DNA of 64,000 nucleotides, taken from positions 3,992 to 67,991 of the forward strand of contig JBLMXG010000190.1 of the NCBI GenBank assembly GCA_050257635.1. The letters are read 5' to 3'. The DNA is from Chloroflexota bacterium (GTDB taxonomy: Bacteria > Desulfobacterota > Binatia > UBA9968). Numbering within the stretch: position 1 is the stretch's first letter; every line of letters starts with the position of its first letter. A program made the translations under genes and the position numbers. The notes beneath the pieces are model-generated. The model did not search any database and had not been told where the DNA came from. It was given only the letters and a program-made list of their open reading frames with translations. Of the stretch, positions 48,790 through 58,908 are shown in pieces.

Positions 48790-49154
48790 GGCACCTCCAT
48801 AGCTATGCGGCACGACGACGGGCGGTATTATGGTTTAGGTTGGGGAACGGTTGCAAGGCGATATTGTCGTTATCAGTAGGATCACTGTCGGAACCTGCGC
48901 AATGCGCCCACGCTTACTATGGAATTACCCTCGATGAAGCGTCAGCGCAGCCGGCGCGATTCAATTAAAGGGAAATCTTGGTGTTGGGTAATTTTAAGGG
49001 TGTTGACTCATTTCGTTCGATGAGCGCGGCACTCGTTCAAATTCGCAAGCGAGATTCCTCGGCTGCGCCTCAGGTTGGCGCTTGACGAGTCGTCAGGCTG
49101 AACAAAGTAAAGGATCTGGATTTAAAATGAGTCAGCACCATCTGAAAGCGCAAG

Positions 49155-49183
49155 TTGACTTTACCGGATCGGCGCTGTAACAT
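49155..49183 (+). promoter_or_regulatory. Candidate sigma70-type promoter TTGACT-N17-TAACAT
   Basis: Read directly. It would give a leader of about 200 nt for the RRM gene at 49391. Confidence 0.3.
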
Positions 49184-49390
49184 GAGTTTATCTTCATCAG
49201 TATACGGCCTTCTGATAGAGGAGATTACACAGTTGTAAGGCCCTTGTCAGTCTCTTTCCTTGCGAGCAGATATCTAAAGGATAATCCGACCAGCGTGCGG
49301 TTCAGCAGTTTAGACCTCCCATGTTCGGTTCCCGTTAGTGGATAGTTTCTCAGGGTCAAAGACAATAACATTCTCTGATAGGAGGAGAAC

Positions 49391-49717
49391 ATGGGTAGTA
49401 AATTATACGTCGGCGGCTTGCCGTATTCGGTGACCGGCGACCGACTGCAGGAAATTTTTTCGGAGCATGGGACCGTCGAATCGGCAACCGTGATTTCTGA
49501 TAAATTCACTGGCCAATCGCGAGGTTTCGGCTTCGTCGAGATGAGTTCTAGCGGCGAGGCGCAAAAAGCCATCGACAGCCTGAACGGTACGCAGCTCGAC
49601 GGTCGCACTTTGACGGTCAACGAAGCCAAGCCGATGGCCAAGCGGGACAACTTCGGCGGTGGGGCGCGCGGCAATCGCGGTGGCAACCGCGACGGCGGCA
49701 GCCGCAATCGCTGGTAG
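49391..49717 (+). CDS. RRM-type glycine-rich RNA-binding protein
   Basis: RNP2 KLYVGGL and RNP1 RGFGFVEM. Gly/Arg-rich tail. GGAGGAG SD. Confidence 0.9.
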   Translation: MGSKLYVGGLPYSVTGDRLQEIFSEHGTVESATVISDKFTGQSRGFGFVEMSSSGEAQKAIDSLNGTQLDGRTLTVNEAKPMAKRDNFGGGARGNRGGNRDGGSRNRW

Positions 49718-49745
49718 TTTTCGCTAGCCAATAAACTGCCAAAAA

Positions 49746-49774
49746 GGGCAACCTCTTGGGTTGCCCTTTTTTTT
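49746..49774 (+). terminator. Rho-independent terminator
   Basis: GGGCAACCtcttGGGTTGCCC followed by T8, 29 nt after the RRM gene stop. Confidence 0.8.
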
Positions 49775-49818
49775 GCCCGGAGCTGTGAGCCGAAGTATAG
49801 TGTGATTTCCATCCTGCC

Positions 49819-50988
49819 ATGGAGAAATTTTTCGCCACCTGTCCTCGCGGTCTGGAGTCGCTGCTTGCCGATGAGCTGCGGCAGCTAAACGCGGAAAAGG
49901 TCCACGCGGTGGGTGGAGGAGTTCAGTTCTCCGGTGATTTTTTGCTCTGCTACCGGGTGAATCTCGAAAGCCGCCTAGCCAGCCGTATCTTGTGGCAAGT
50001 GGCGGCGACCGGCTACCGCGGCGAGGAAGATATTTACCGGGCCGCTTACGCACCGCGGTGGAGCGATTGGTTCGATTCGGCGCGCACCATTCGAGTCGAC
50101 AGCTCGGCAACCAGGTGCCCGCTGGGGAGCCTCAATTTTATCACGCTCAGAATCAAAGACGCAGTGTGCGACAAGATCCGCCTGCTTTGCGGCCGACGCC
50201 CCAGCGTCGATACCCGGGCTCCCGACGTTCCGATTCAAGCCCATTTGACCGAGCGCGATTTCACTCTCTATCTCGACACCACCGGCGAGCCGCTCTTCAA
50301 ACGCGGCCAGCGCGTGGCGGCGGGCGAAGCACCGCTCCGGGAAAATCTCGCCGCGGGAATTCTCCGTCTCGCCGCGTGGACTCCCGGCACGCCGCTACTC
50401 GATCCGATGTGCGGCAGCGGTACGATCCTGCGCGAAGCCGCGCTTATGGCGCTGGACAGCGCGCCCGGTCTAGGGCGCCACTTTGCGTTCGAGAAATATA
50501 GAAATTTCGAAGGCCAGCGTTGGCGCGAGCTGGTGCAGTACAGCTTGGCGCGGCAAAAGCGCAGAGCGCCACTGCCGATTTACGGCAGCGATCGATCCGG
50601 CGATGCGCTCAAAGCCGCGCGCACGAACTTTAGAGCCGCCGGTTTAGAAAATGTGGTCAGCCTCAAACAAGCCGACGTTCTGGATCTCACCGCGCCGGCG
50701 CAGAAGGGGATCATCGTCACCAATCCGCCCTACGGGGTGCGCCTCGGCGAGCAAAAGCAGCTGGCGGAGTTCTATCCCAAGCTTGGCGACGTCCTGAAAA
50801 AACAATTCGCCGGATGGAGCGCTTACATCCTCAGCGCCGATATGCGCTTGCCAAAGCTCATCCGCCTCGCGGTTTCCAGGCGCATACCGCTGTTCAACGG
50901 CGCGCTCGAATGCCGCTTGTTCGAGTACAAGATGGTCGAAGGAAGCATGAGGAAGATCAAGGGGAATACCGCCAGCCCCAACGATTAA
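49819..50988 (+). CDS. THUMP domain-containing class I SAM-dependent RNA methyltransferase (RlmL N-terminal-half-like)
   Basis: MEKFFATCPRGLESLLADEL...DPMCGSGTI...VTNPPYG. Confidence 0.85.
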   Translation: MEKFFATCPRGLESLLADELRQLNAEKVHAVGGGVQFSGDFLLCYRVNLESRLASRILWQVAATGYRGEEDIYRAAYAPRWSDWFDSARTIRVDSSATRCPLGSLNFITLRIKDAVCDKIRLLCGRRPSVDTRAPDVPIQAHLTERDFTLYLDTTGEPLFKRGQRVAAGEAPLRENLAAGILRLAAWTPGTPLLDPMCGSGTILREAALMALDSAPGLGRHFAFEKYRNFEGQRWRELVQYSLARQKRRAPLPIYGSDRSGDALKAARTNFRAAGLENVVSLKQADVLDLTAPAQKGIIVTNPPYGVRLGEQKQLAEFYPKLGDVLKKQFAGWSAYILSADMRLPKLIRLAVSRRIPLFNGALECRLFEYKMVEGSMRKIKGNTASPND

Positions 50989-51054
50989 GCGCAACGCGGC
51001 GATTCTATCGTGAGCCGCACGTGAAACATGAAAAAATGTTGGACCTAGCCGATG

Positions 51055-52350
51055 CTAGATGATCGTTCCGTCGGCGATGGTGGCGTTTTTAATCACGACC
51101 ACAATGCCGCTTTGAATGACGAAGCCGAGATTTTCTCGACTGCTTTCTACGACAGCGTCTCGATTGACAATAAGGACGTTGCGGCCAATGCGGGCATTTT
51201 TGTCGACGATCGCTTTGCGGATCGTCGAGTTTGCACCGACTCCCAACGGCACTTTGCCGGTTTGCAGGCATTGCAAGCGTTCGCTCGGCGATTCGTAAAA
51301 ATCCGATCCCATCAAAAGCGTGTTGTCGATAACGCACCCGGTTTCCACGCGCGAGCGAATGCCGATAACCGAACGCTTGACCGTGCACTCCTTGAGAATG
51401 CATCCTTCACCGACCATCGATTCGATCACTTTACTGTCGAGTAGTTTCGTCGGCGGCAGATAGCGCGGGCGTGTGTAGATCGGCGCCTTTTCGTCGTAGA
51501 AGCTGAAAGGCGGATCGGGCTGCACAGTGAGGGCCAGGTTGGCATTGTAAAATGCTTCTATAGTCCCGATATCCTCCCAGTAATCCTTGAAAAGGTAGGC
51601 CTGCACATTGTGAGTTCGGAGCGCGGAGGGAAGGATTTCTCTGCCAAAATCCGTCCGCAAAGGGTCGTGCTGCAGCAAGTCGTGCAAAACTTGCTTTTCA
51701 AAAATATAGATGCCCATGGAGGCGATATACGGAGAAGTCGCCGCATCCTTTGCCGCTAAACCTAGGACGGTCGTGTCCACGCGCATGGCCTTGAGGGCGT
51801 CACCTTTGGGTTTTTCGCTAAAGGCCATCACGCGTCCTCGATTGTCGATTTTCATCAAGCCGAAGTCGGACGCGTGACTCTCGTCCATCGGCACGACCGA
51901 GATCGTAATGTCGGCCCGGGTCTCCCGATGACGCTGGACGAATTCGGCGTAGTTCATCCGGTACAGGTGATCGCCGGAGAGAATCAAATACTGATCGACG
52001 TCCCATTCAGCAAACAGCCATAGGTATTTGCGCACGGCATCGGCGGTTCCTTCAAACCAACTCGGGCTTTCCGGCGTCTGCTGCGCTGCAAGCACTTCGA
52101 CAAATCCGGGCGAGAAGCCCGCGCCGGCCATGGCGTAGGTGCGCGCGATATGCCGGTTGAGGGAAGCGGAGTTAAACTGCGTCAAAACGTAAATGCGCTG
52201 GATCTCCGAATTGATGCAGTTGCTGATGGGAATATCGATCAGCCGATATTTGGCACCGAGCGGAACCGCGGGCTTGGCGCGCAGCTTGGTCAGCGGGTAA
52301 AGCCGGGTTCCCGCGCCGCCGCCCAAGATGATCGCCAGTACTCTTTTCAC
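51055..52350 (-). CDS. glgC: Glucose-1-phosphate adenylyltransferase
   Basis: [29 protein letters not shown] and a C-terminal left-handed beta-helix region. Start is GTG 52350, 7 nt after GGAGG. The track ORF extends to 52449. Confidence 0.9.
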   Translation of the reverse strand: MKRVLAIILGGGAGTRLYPLTKLRAKPAVPLGAKYRLIDIPISNCINSEIQRIYVLTQFNSASLNRHIARTYAMAGAGFSPGFVEVLAAQQTPESPSWFEGTADAVRKYLWLFAEWDVDQYLILSGDHLYRMNYAEFVQRHRETRADITISVVPMDESHASDFGLMKIDNRGRVMAFSEKPKGDALKAMRVDTTVLGLAAKDAATSPYIASMGIYIFEKQVLHDLLQHDPLRTDFGREILPSALRTHNVQAYLFKDYWEDIGTIEAFYNANLALTVQPDPPFSFYDEKAPIYTRPRYLPPTKLLDSKVIESMVGEGCILKECTVKRSVIGIRSRVETGCVIDNTLLMGSDFYESPSERLQCLQTGKVPLGVGANSTIRKAIVDKNARIGRNVLIVNRDAVVESSRENLGFVIQSGIVVVIKNATIADGTII

Positions 52351-52745
52351 AAAGGGACCTCCGATGTTCTGTGTCTGTCGTCCGTTGATTATTTTTTGCT
52401 CGCTGGCAATCGCACTCAAAGAGTATTCAACGTAGCGCACCTGTGTCAAACCAATTCAATCTAGATTCAATCTACACGCGTACTCGTGGATGTCGCGTGA
52501 TCAACGTCACCAGCGAAGTCTTCGGCGCCTCCGCTCCGCGAAATCGCTGGTTAGTTGAGCGCGAGGTATCTTTACGCACAGACTGTGCTATAGTGACGTT
52601 GATGTAACAGTTGGCATCCCGAAGTCCAATTAGCGCATGCTCGGTCCAATTTTGACCGAGTTCCAAAGAGGCGGTCCCCCATGGGTACCGCCTCTTTTCG
52701 TTTCTAAACCGGAAATTAGCCAGTGAGAGCGAGGAGATTTTACTC

Positions 52746-55031
52746 ATGGATCGCCGTACGAATCACTTAGAGAGAGATAGAATAGCCTTTGTCGGTAACT
52801 ACCTGCCGCGCCAATGCGGTATTGCGACTTTTACCACTGATTTGTGCGAAGCGATCGCTAGTGAACAGCCTCTCGCCACCTGCATCGCTTTGCCGGTAAA
52901 CGATATCGAAGGCGGTTATGACTACCCTCCACGGGTCCGTTTCGAGCTTGCCGAAAAGGACATCGACTCTTACCGCCGCGCCGCTGATTTCTTGAACATC
53001 AATAGCGTGGATCTTGTATCCCTGCAGTTCGAATACGGCATTTTCGGCGGCCGAGCCGGAAGCCATATTCTGGCCTTGCTGCGCGAGTTGCGAATGCCCA
53101 TCGTGACGACGCTCCACACGATCTTGCGAGAACCGGATCCGCACCAGCGCAGGGTCTTGGAAGAAGTGGCGGCGTTATCGGATCGCGTGGTCGTCATGAG
53201 CGAACGCGGCGCGGCATTCTTGCGGGAGATCTATCGCGTCTCGCCGGCGAAGATCGATTTGATTCCGCATGGTATTCCTGATCTACCCTTCGTCGACCCC
53301 GGCTTCCATAAGGATCTGTTCGGCGTCGAGGGCAAAGTCGTGTTGCTCAGCTTCGGCTTGCTATCCGCAAACAAAGGCATCGAAAATGTCATCGCGGCTC
53401 TGCCGGCGATTCTCGGCAAGCATCCGAACGTCGTCTATTTCATCGTCGGTGCAACCCATCCTCACGTCAAGCAGCACGATGGTGAAACCTATCGTTTGTC
53501 TCTACAGCGGCTGGCGCAGGAAAAAGGCGTCGAAGGGCAAGTCATCTTCTACAATCAATTTGTCACGCTGGAGGAACTTGTCGAGTTCATCGGCGCGGCC
53601 GATATTTACATTACGCCTTACCAAAACCCGGCGCAGATCGTTTCGGGCACGCTGGCCTATACTCTTGGCGCAGGTAAGGCCGTGATCTCGACGCCGTACT
53701 GGTACGCTGAAGAAATGCTTGCCGATGAACGCGGCGCGCTGGTGCCGTTCCGCGATCCGGCGGCGCTGGCCACGCAAGTTATCGACCTCCTCGACAATGA
53801 GGCCAAACGCCACGCCATGCGCAAACGCGCCTATATGTTCGGGCGCGGAATGATTTGGCCCCAGGTAGCGAGCCGCTATCTGGAGAGTTTTGCCCGCGCG
53901 AGGGCCGAGAAGCGTAATTTCACGCCGAGCGCTTTTGCGGTTAAACCGCTCGACAAACGACCGGCGGAACTCCCTCCGCTCAAGTTGGATCACTTGCAGC
54001 GGATGACCGATGATACCGGCATGTTGCAACACGCGCTTTTCACGTTGCCAAACTATCGAGAAGGTTACACCACCGACGATAACGCCAGAGCGCTAATGGT
54101 CAGTGTCTTGGTGGATGAGCTCGGCCATTCTGAAGCCTCGGAGATGGTCTCGCGCTATCTCGCTTTCATCTGCTACGCCTTTAACGGCGAGACCAAACGC
54201 TTTCGTAATTTTATGGATTACCGGCGCAATTGGTTGGAACCGAGCGGTTCGGACGACAGCCACGGCCGCACCCTGTGCGCGCTCGGCACCCTGCTGGGCC
54301 GCTCTAACACACCCGGGCTCCAGAGCATGGCGGGACGACTGTTCGAGCAGGCATTGCCGGCGATTCTCGCAACCACCAGTCCACGAGCCTGGGCCTTCGC
54401 GCTGATCGGTGTTCACGAGTATCTGCGCCGCTACGACGGCGACCGCCGGGCGAGTCAGGTGCGCGAGGAATTGGCCGGGCGTCTGCTCACGTTGTATCAA
54501 GCGAATCGCTCGGATGAATGGTGCTGGTTTGAAGAAAGTCTGAGTTATTGCAACGCCGTACTGCCGCACGCTTTTCTGATGTGCGGCCAATCCATACCGA
54601 ACAGCGCCATGAACGACGCCGCGCTCGAATCCCTCTCATGGCTCGCTGATATTCAGCGAGACAAGACCAGCGGCGGTCATTTTGTGCCCATCGGCTCCAA
54701 TGGCTTTTATCGCCGCGGTGCCGAGCGCGCCCGGTTCGATCAGCAACCCGTGGAGGCTCAAGCCATGGTCTCCGCCTGTCTAGAAGCGCAGCGGATCACC
54801 GGTGACAGGAACTGGCACAAGGAAGCCCGCCGCGCGTTCGACTGGTTCCTCGGGAGAAACGATTTAAATCTGCCAATCTACGATCCGACGACGGGCGGTT
54901 GTCGAGATGGGCTACATGCCGACCGTCCGAACGAAAATCAGGGCGCGGAATCTTCCCTGGCCTTTCTGCAGGCCGTGCTGGAGCTGCGTCTGGCTGAAAA
55001 TACACTACTGACCGTGGAGGCAGGATCTTAA
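52746..55031 (+). CDS. Family 4 glycosyltransferase (about 400 aa) fused to a C-terminal domain of about 360 aa of unknown function
   Basis: GT4/GT-B pattern (...IAFVGNYLPRQCGIATFT...YITPYQNPAQIVSGTLAYTLGAGKAVIST...). 761 aa. GAGGAG SD. Confidence 0.85.
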   Translation: MDRRTNHLERDRIAFVGNYLPRQCGIATFTTDLCEAIASEQPLATCIALPVNDIEGGYDYPPRVRFELAEKDIDSYRRAADFLNINSVDLVSLQFEYGIFGGRAGSHILALLRELRMPIVTTLHTILREPDPHQRRVLEEVAALSDRVVVMSERGAAFLREIYRVSPAKIDLIPHGIPDLPFVDPGFHKDLFGVEGKVVLLSFGLLSANKGIENVIAALPAILGKHPNVVYFIVGATHPHVKQHDGETYRLSLQRLAQEKGVEGQVIFYNQFVTLEELVEFIGAADIYITPYQNPAQIVSGTLAYTLGAGKAVISTPYWYAEEMLADERGALVPFRDPAALATQVIDLLDNEAKRHAMRKRAYMFGRGMIWPQVASRYLESFARARAEKRNFTPSAFAVKPLDKRPAELPPLKLDHLQRMTDDTGMLQHALFTLPNYREGYTTDDNARALMVSVLVDELGHSEASEMVSRYLAFICYAFNGETKRFRNFMDYRRNWLEPSGSDDSHGRTLCALGTLLGRSNTPGLQSMAGRLFEQALPAILATTSPRAWAFALIGVHEYLRRYDGDRRASQVREELAGRLLTLYQANRSDEWCWFEESLSYCNAVLPHAFLMCGQSIPNSAMNDAALESLSWLADIQRDKTSGGHFVPIGSNGFYRRGAERARFDQQPVEAQAMVSACLEAQRITGDRNWHKEARRAFDWFLGRNDLNLPIYDPTTGGCRDGLHADRPNENQGAESSLAFLQAVLELRLAENTLLTVEAGS

Positions 55032-55972
55032 TGGCCAATCATCATGCCGAACTCTTTCAACGTTGCGAGCACAATCCGATATTAACGGCAGCCGATTGGC
55101 CCTACCCGGTAAACAGCGTTTTCAATCCAGGCGCCACATTACTGCCCGACGGCACGACGCTCTTATTATGTCGCGTTGAAGATCGTAGGGGACATTCCCA
55201 TTTATGTGTCGCTCGCTCCGTCAACGGCCTGGATAACTGGCAGATCGATTCCCAGCCGACGATGCCGGCCGATCCGGAACGTTATCCAGAAGAATTGTGG
55301 GGCATTGAGGATCCACGCATCACCTACGTTGACGAACTGAAAAAATACGCGGTGGTCTATACCGCGTACACGCGCGATGGCCCGGGTGTTTCGTTGGCAC
55401 TCACGGAAAATTTCCGTGACTTCGAGCGCTATGGCGTAGTCATGCCGCCCGAAGACAAAGATGCCGCGCTGCTTCCTCATCGCATCGGCGGTCAGTGGGT
55501 CTTGATCCATCGTCCGGTGAGCGCGCCCCGCGCGCATATGTGGATTTCCTTTTCCGAGAACCTACGCCACTGGGGCTGGCATAAGCTGATGCTCGAGGCG
55601 CGCCGCGGCGCCTGGTGGGACGCCAACAAAATCGGCTTGTCGCCGCCACCTATAGAAACCGCTCAAGGCTGGTTGGTGATTTATCACGGCGTGCGCCAAA
55701 CGGCGGCCGGCGCGATTTACCGCTTGGGGCTTGCTTTGTTTGATTTGGAAGAGCCGCAGCGCTGCCTCAAGCGGAGCGAGCAATGGGTCTTCGGGCCAGA
55801 GGAGCCGTATGAGCAGCGCGGCGATGTCGACAACGTCGTCTTTCCCTGCGGTACGACCGTAGCGTCCGATGGCGACACCTTGCGTCTCTATTATGGCGCC
55901 GCCGACACGAGCATCGCCATGGCTACCGGGAGCATTGGCGCCATGCTCGACCGGCTTGAAAAAAAGAGCTGA
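55031..55972 (+). CDS. GH130 family glycoside phosphorylase/hydrolase-like protein
   Basis: NPILTAADWPYPVNSVFNPGATLLPDGTTLLLCRVEDRRG...EDPRITYV...YYGAADTSIAMA. The ATG overlaps the upstream TAA (TAATG). Confidence 0.8.
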   Translation: MANHHAELFQRCEHNPILTAADWPYPVNSVFNPGATLLPDGTTLLLCRVEDRRGHSHLCVARSVNGLDNWQIDSQPTMPADPERYPEELWGIEDPRITYVDELKKYAVVYTAYTRDGPGVSLALTENFRDFERYGVVMPPEDKDAALLPHRIGGQWVLIHRPVSAPRAHMWISFSENLRHWGWHKLMLEARRGAWWDANKIGLSPPPIETAQGWLVIYHGVRQTAAGAIYRLGLALFDLEEPQRCLKRSEQWVFGPEEPYEQRGDVDNVVFPCGTTVASDGDTLRLYYGAADTSIAMATGSIGAMLDRLEKKS

Positions 55973-55995
55973 AGGAAACAGCGAAAGTTCTTCCA

Positions 55996-56021
55996 CGCGG
56001 GAATATTTCGCGGGAATATTT
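55996..56021. repeat. Perfect 13-bp tandem duplication CGCGGGAATATTT x2
   Basis: Read directly. It ends 12 nt before the carD-like ATG (56034). Confidence 0.9.
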
Positions 56022-56033
56022 ATGGAGGGTTCA

Positions 56034-56600
56034 ATGAAATTCACTGTCGGGAATAAGGTCGTTTATCCGTCACAGGGCCCATGTCGAATCGGAGCCGTGG
56101 TTAAGAAAGTCGTCGCCGGCCGGCCAATAAACTTTTATTGCCTAACACGATTGGACGATAACGCCGACGCAGTCTTTGTCCCAGTTGATAAAGTGGGGGC
56201 CCTGCGTATGCGACAGTTGATGGGTAGATCGGAGATACCAAAGCTGCTGCGGCATTTAGCAAATTCAGTCACCGCACCGCCGAACTGGAAGCAGCGCGAG
56301 ATTAACAACGTTAAATTATTGAGCTCAGGGTCGGCATTTGACTTGGCTGAGATTGTTGAGTCCTTGACTGAGCTGAACGAAGTCAAGGCGCTGTCGCCGC
56401 GCGATCGACAAACGCTGGATAAGGCAAAAAGGTTCCTGATTTGCGAGATCTCGGAAGTGATGGGAGAAACCAGAAACGCCGCCGAAATTCATGTCGACAA
56501 AGCTCTCAAATGCAAAAAAAAGCTCCAAGGCTCCGAATCCACGCGGGTCGATCGCAATCGCTTCTACCCTAAGGGCGCCACAGAGAGTACAGCCATTTAA
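56034..56600 (+). CDS. CarD/CdnL family RNA polymerase-binding transcription regulator
   Basis: Start ATG 56034, 5 nt after GGAGGG. MKFTVGNKVVYPSQGPCRIGAV...FVPVDKVGALRMRQL...NWKQREINNVKLLSSG. Confidence 0.85.
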   Translation: MKFTVGNKVVYPSQGPCRIGAVVKKVVAGRPINFYCLTRLDDNADAVFVPVDKVGALRMRQLMGRSEIPKLLRHLANSVTAPPNWKQREINNVKLLSSGSAFDLAEIVESLTELNEVKALSPRDRQTLDKAKRFLICEISEVMGETRNAAEIHVDKALKCKKKLQGSESTRVDRNRFYPKGATESTAI

Positions 56601-56621
56601 CCAAAACGATAAGGAGATTCA

Positions 56622-56975
56622 ATGTACGCGCGAAAACTCAGGATTAAGCTCCGGCCTAATAGTACGATGGAGTTTAGGCATCTGCTGACGGAACGGGTGA
56701 TTCCTCTGCTGCGCACACAAAAAGGCTTTCAGGATCAGATCACACTCAGCACTTCCCGGCGAAACGAGGCGATCGCCATTAGTTTCTGGGATAGCGAGGA
56801 GACTGCGGACGCTTACAATCACGTGGGCGATCTCGACTTTTTGAGAGCCCTGTCGAAAGTAATTGAAACAGTGCCTATAGTGGAAAATTTCGAGATTATA
56901 GACGCGACGGGCGGCTCTCTGGCCGGCGCAATTTCCGTAGAGCTTTCAGGAGACTCACGGTTATTAAATGATTAA
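56622..56975 (+). CDS. Hypothetical protein, possibly ABM (dimeric alpha/beta barrel) fold
   Basis: 117 aa, AAGGAG SD. ...LLRTQKGFQDQITLSTSRRNEAIAISFWDSEETADAY... resembles ABM-domain proteins. Weak assignment. Confidence 0.5.
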   Translation: MYARKLRIKLRPNSTMEFRHLLTERVIPLLRTQKGFQDQITLSTSRRNEAIAISFWDSEETADAYNHVGDLDFLRALSKVIETVPIVENFEIIDATGGSLAGAISVELSGDSRLLND

Positions 56976-57039
56976 GGATATAACTCTGGAAAACACGCGG
57001 CGGAAAATATCCGCAGATTTAAATTTTGCTGAAACTAAA

Positions 57040-57772
57040 ATGACCAAATCTAGTTGGTATCAGATGACAGCGGCATATGGGCAGGCGAATCTGGGTAAAT
57101 GAGTCTGGCAACTCCTCAACACGTTTATTTTCTATTCCTTCCTGTGGGCGCTCTTGGTCCACACGATCCGATTGAAATATCCATATTGGGCCACGCTGGC
57201 GTTGGCTGTGCCTTTATCTTTTATTCTGCTCGGTCCAGGATCGATGCTGCTATTCTTGTTCCTGCAGCGACTTCCGACTAAAGGTGCGCGAAAGAGGGAG
57301 CGGAGGAGTGTTCTCTACAATAACCTTGCTCTCTTGCTGGTCGTCGGAGCGGCCTCGTGGGCGATCGGTCTACCGGCATATTTCTCGATTCAGTTGCCCA
57401 TCACTGTAATTGCCGGAGGGCTTGGGCTGTGGCTATGTTACATCCAGCGACCATTCGAAAGCGCCTGTTGGGGCGCGTCGCGAGGCTTGGGATCCAGTAA
57501 GGGTGGCGCTGGAAGGCAGCTCGTATTTCAAGTTGCCGAAAATACCCCAATGGTTCATGGGCAATGTCGGATTACATCACATTCACCATGTTCGGCCCAT
57601 CATTCCCAATTACAATCTCCAACAATGCAACGATGAAACACGGGCTTTTCAGGCGGTCAAAGCCATCACGTCCAAGACAAGTTTCCGGTCGCTGCAACTA
57701 AGCTTGTACGATGCCGAAAAACGGAAACTGGTCAGTTTTCGGTTTGTGTCGGCCGTTGAGCAGGGTAAGTGA
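57040..57772 (+). pseudogene. Degraded fatty acid desaturase gene
   Basis: In-frame TGA at 57100. N-terminal TM region (VWQLLNTFIFYSFLWALLV) runs directly into the C-terminal third (GLWLCYIQRPFE), with His boxes 1 and 2 missing. Frameshift near the G4 run at 57470-57473. The third His box GNVGLHHIHH...IPNYNL is readable only in the other frame (track ORF 57410..57772). Confidence 0.7.
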
Positions 57773-58044
57773 ACTGACCATGGTGCAATTACCGGGTTGT
57801 TTCCGCGATATCTGGAGGCTAGGCGAGTCGCCGCGCACGCTGACTGGTTCGGAGGGCTCTTTGAGATACCTCCGTAGACTTATAGTCGCGGAGTCTTGCT
57901 AACGTCGCTCGATTGACCTAGGCTTGATTATACGCTCCCGATGCGTAGGGTTCCCGTCTGCGGTTACCTGAAATTCTTCAAGTAAGCCTTTTTCCCCAGC
58001 CCTCCAATCAATCGGCCGTCAGTTCCGGCCACAGGAGAAAACAA

Positions 58045-58584
58045 TTGAGTCCAGTATCAGTTATTGCCATACCGCTAGCTTTGATCCTTATCGGTATCGT
58101 GTTGAACAGTATGCACATCGTCTACGATCAACCGGAATATTCGCTCGAAACGGATCCGGTCAATAAACTGGCTGCGGAACGGCAGGCGAACTATCACTTT
58201 TTCTATTTGCAGAGAACACGTATTTTGAATCGACAGAAGAGGATCGGTCAATTTGGCTGGTTAGTTCTCGCGGTATTTATCGCATCGTCATGGTTTCTCT
58301 ATTCCGATGCCATCAAAGCCACGACAGTGTCAAAGCAAATCAGCGAGATTCAAACACTACCGGTCGCCGGCGGTAAAGAGGCGGTGTTAGCGCTGACTCT
58401 GAGCGACGGCAGCAAGACTCACTATCTTGTCAAAGCAACGGACTCACGGTCACGGATGTCGGCCGTGACCGACGAGCGTGCAAAGGAAGCTATTCAAAAA
58501 TCGCAGCTGGCGGAGTTGGGCACAGCGGTCAATGTCGGTGACGCCGCGGTACCTTTAGGTATAGCGCTGAAAATTGCGCAATAA
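58045..58584 (+). CDS. Hypothetical membrane protein (two predicted TM helices)
   Basis: 179-aa ORF: VIAIPLALILIGIVLNS and FGWLVLAVFIASSWFLY. No family recognised. Confidence 0.5.
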   Translation: MSPVSVIAIPLALILIGIVLNSMHIVYDQPEYSLETDPVNKLAAERQANYHFFYLQRTRILNRQKRIGQFGWLVLAVFIASSWFLYSDAIKATTVSKQISEIQTLPVAGGKEAVLALTLSDGSKTHYLVKATDSRSRMSAVTDERAKEAIQKSQLAELGTAVNVGDAAVPLGIALKIAQ

Positions 58585-58623
58585 GCGAAAAGTCGGCGTT
58601 TCGACCGCGCGAGGGAGCGAAAG

Positions 58624-58860
58624 ATGAAAAACAGCATTTCTTACAAGGCCTGTCTGATTCGGGGCGAATCGTTTCAATTGGCGCAAAACAACGGCTGGGT
58701 TCCCCGATACACTCTGACGCGCCAGGATGCCATGAACAAGTGGAACGGCACTCCCTCGCATCAAGATCGGCTCGACCAAGTTTTTTGGACGGAGAACGAA
58801 GCCGACAAGTTCGCCCTGCAGGACGCCATGCGCTGGATCGATGAGAACGCGCAGTTATAG
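58624..58860 (+). CDS. Small hypothetical protein
   Basis: 78-aa ORF, GGGAGCGAAAG upstream. No family recognised. Confidence 0.45.
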   Translation: MKNSISYKACLIRGESFQLAQNNGWVPRYTLTRQDAMNKWNGTPSHQDRLDQVFWTENEADKFALQDAMRWIDENAQL

Positions 58861-58908
58861 CGCTGAGCCTTTACTAGTGAGGAGGTTGTTACGTCACTCT
58901 TAAACCAG

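Noticed and set aside
57100-57102. In-frame TGA in the desaturase-like frame as a third selenocysteine codon.
   Set aside because: No hairpin follows it. The position is not a redox motif. The gene is otherwise deleted and frameshifted, so a nonsense mutation in a pseudogene is the simpler reading.
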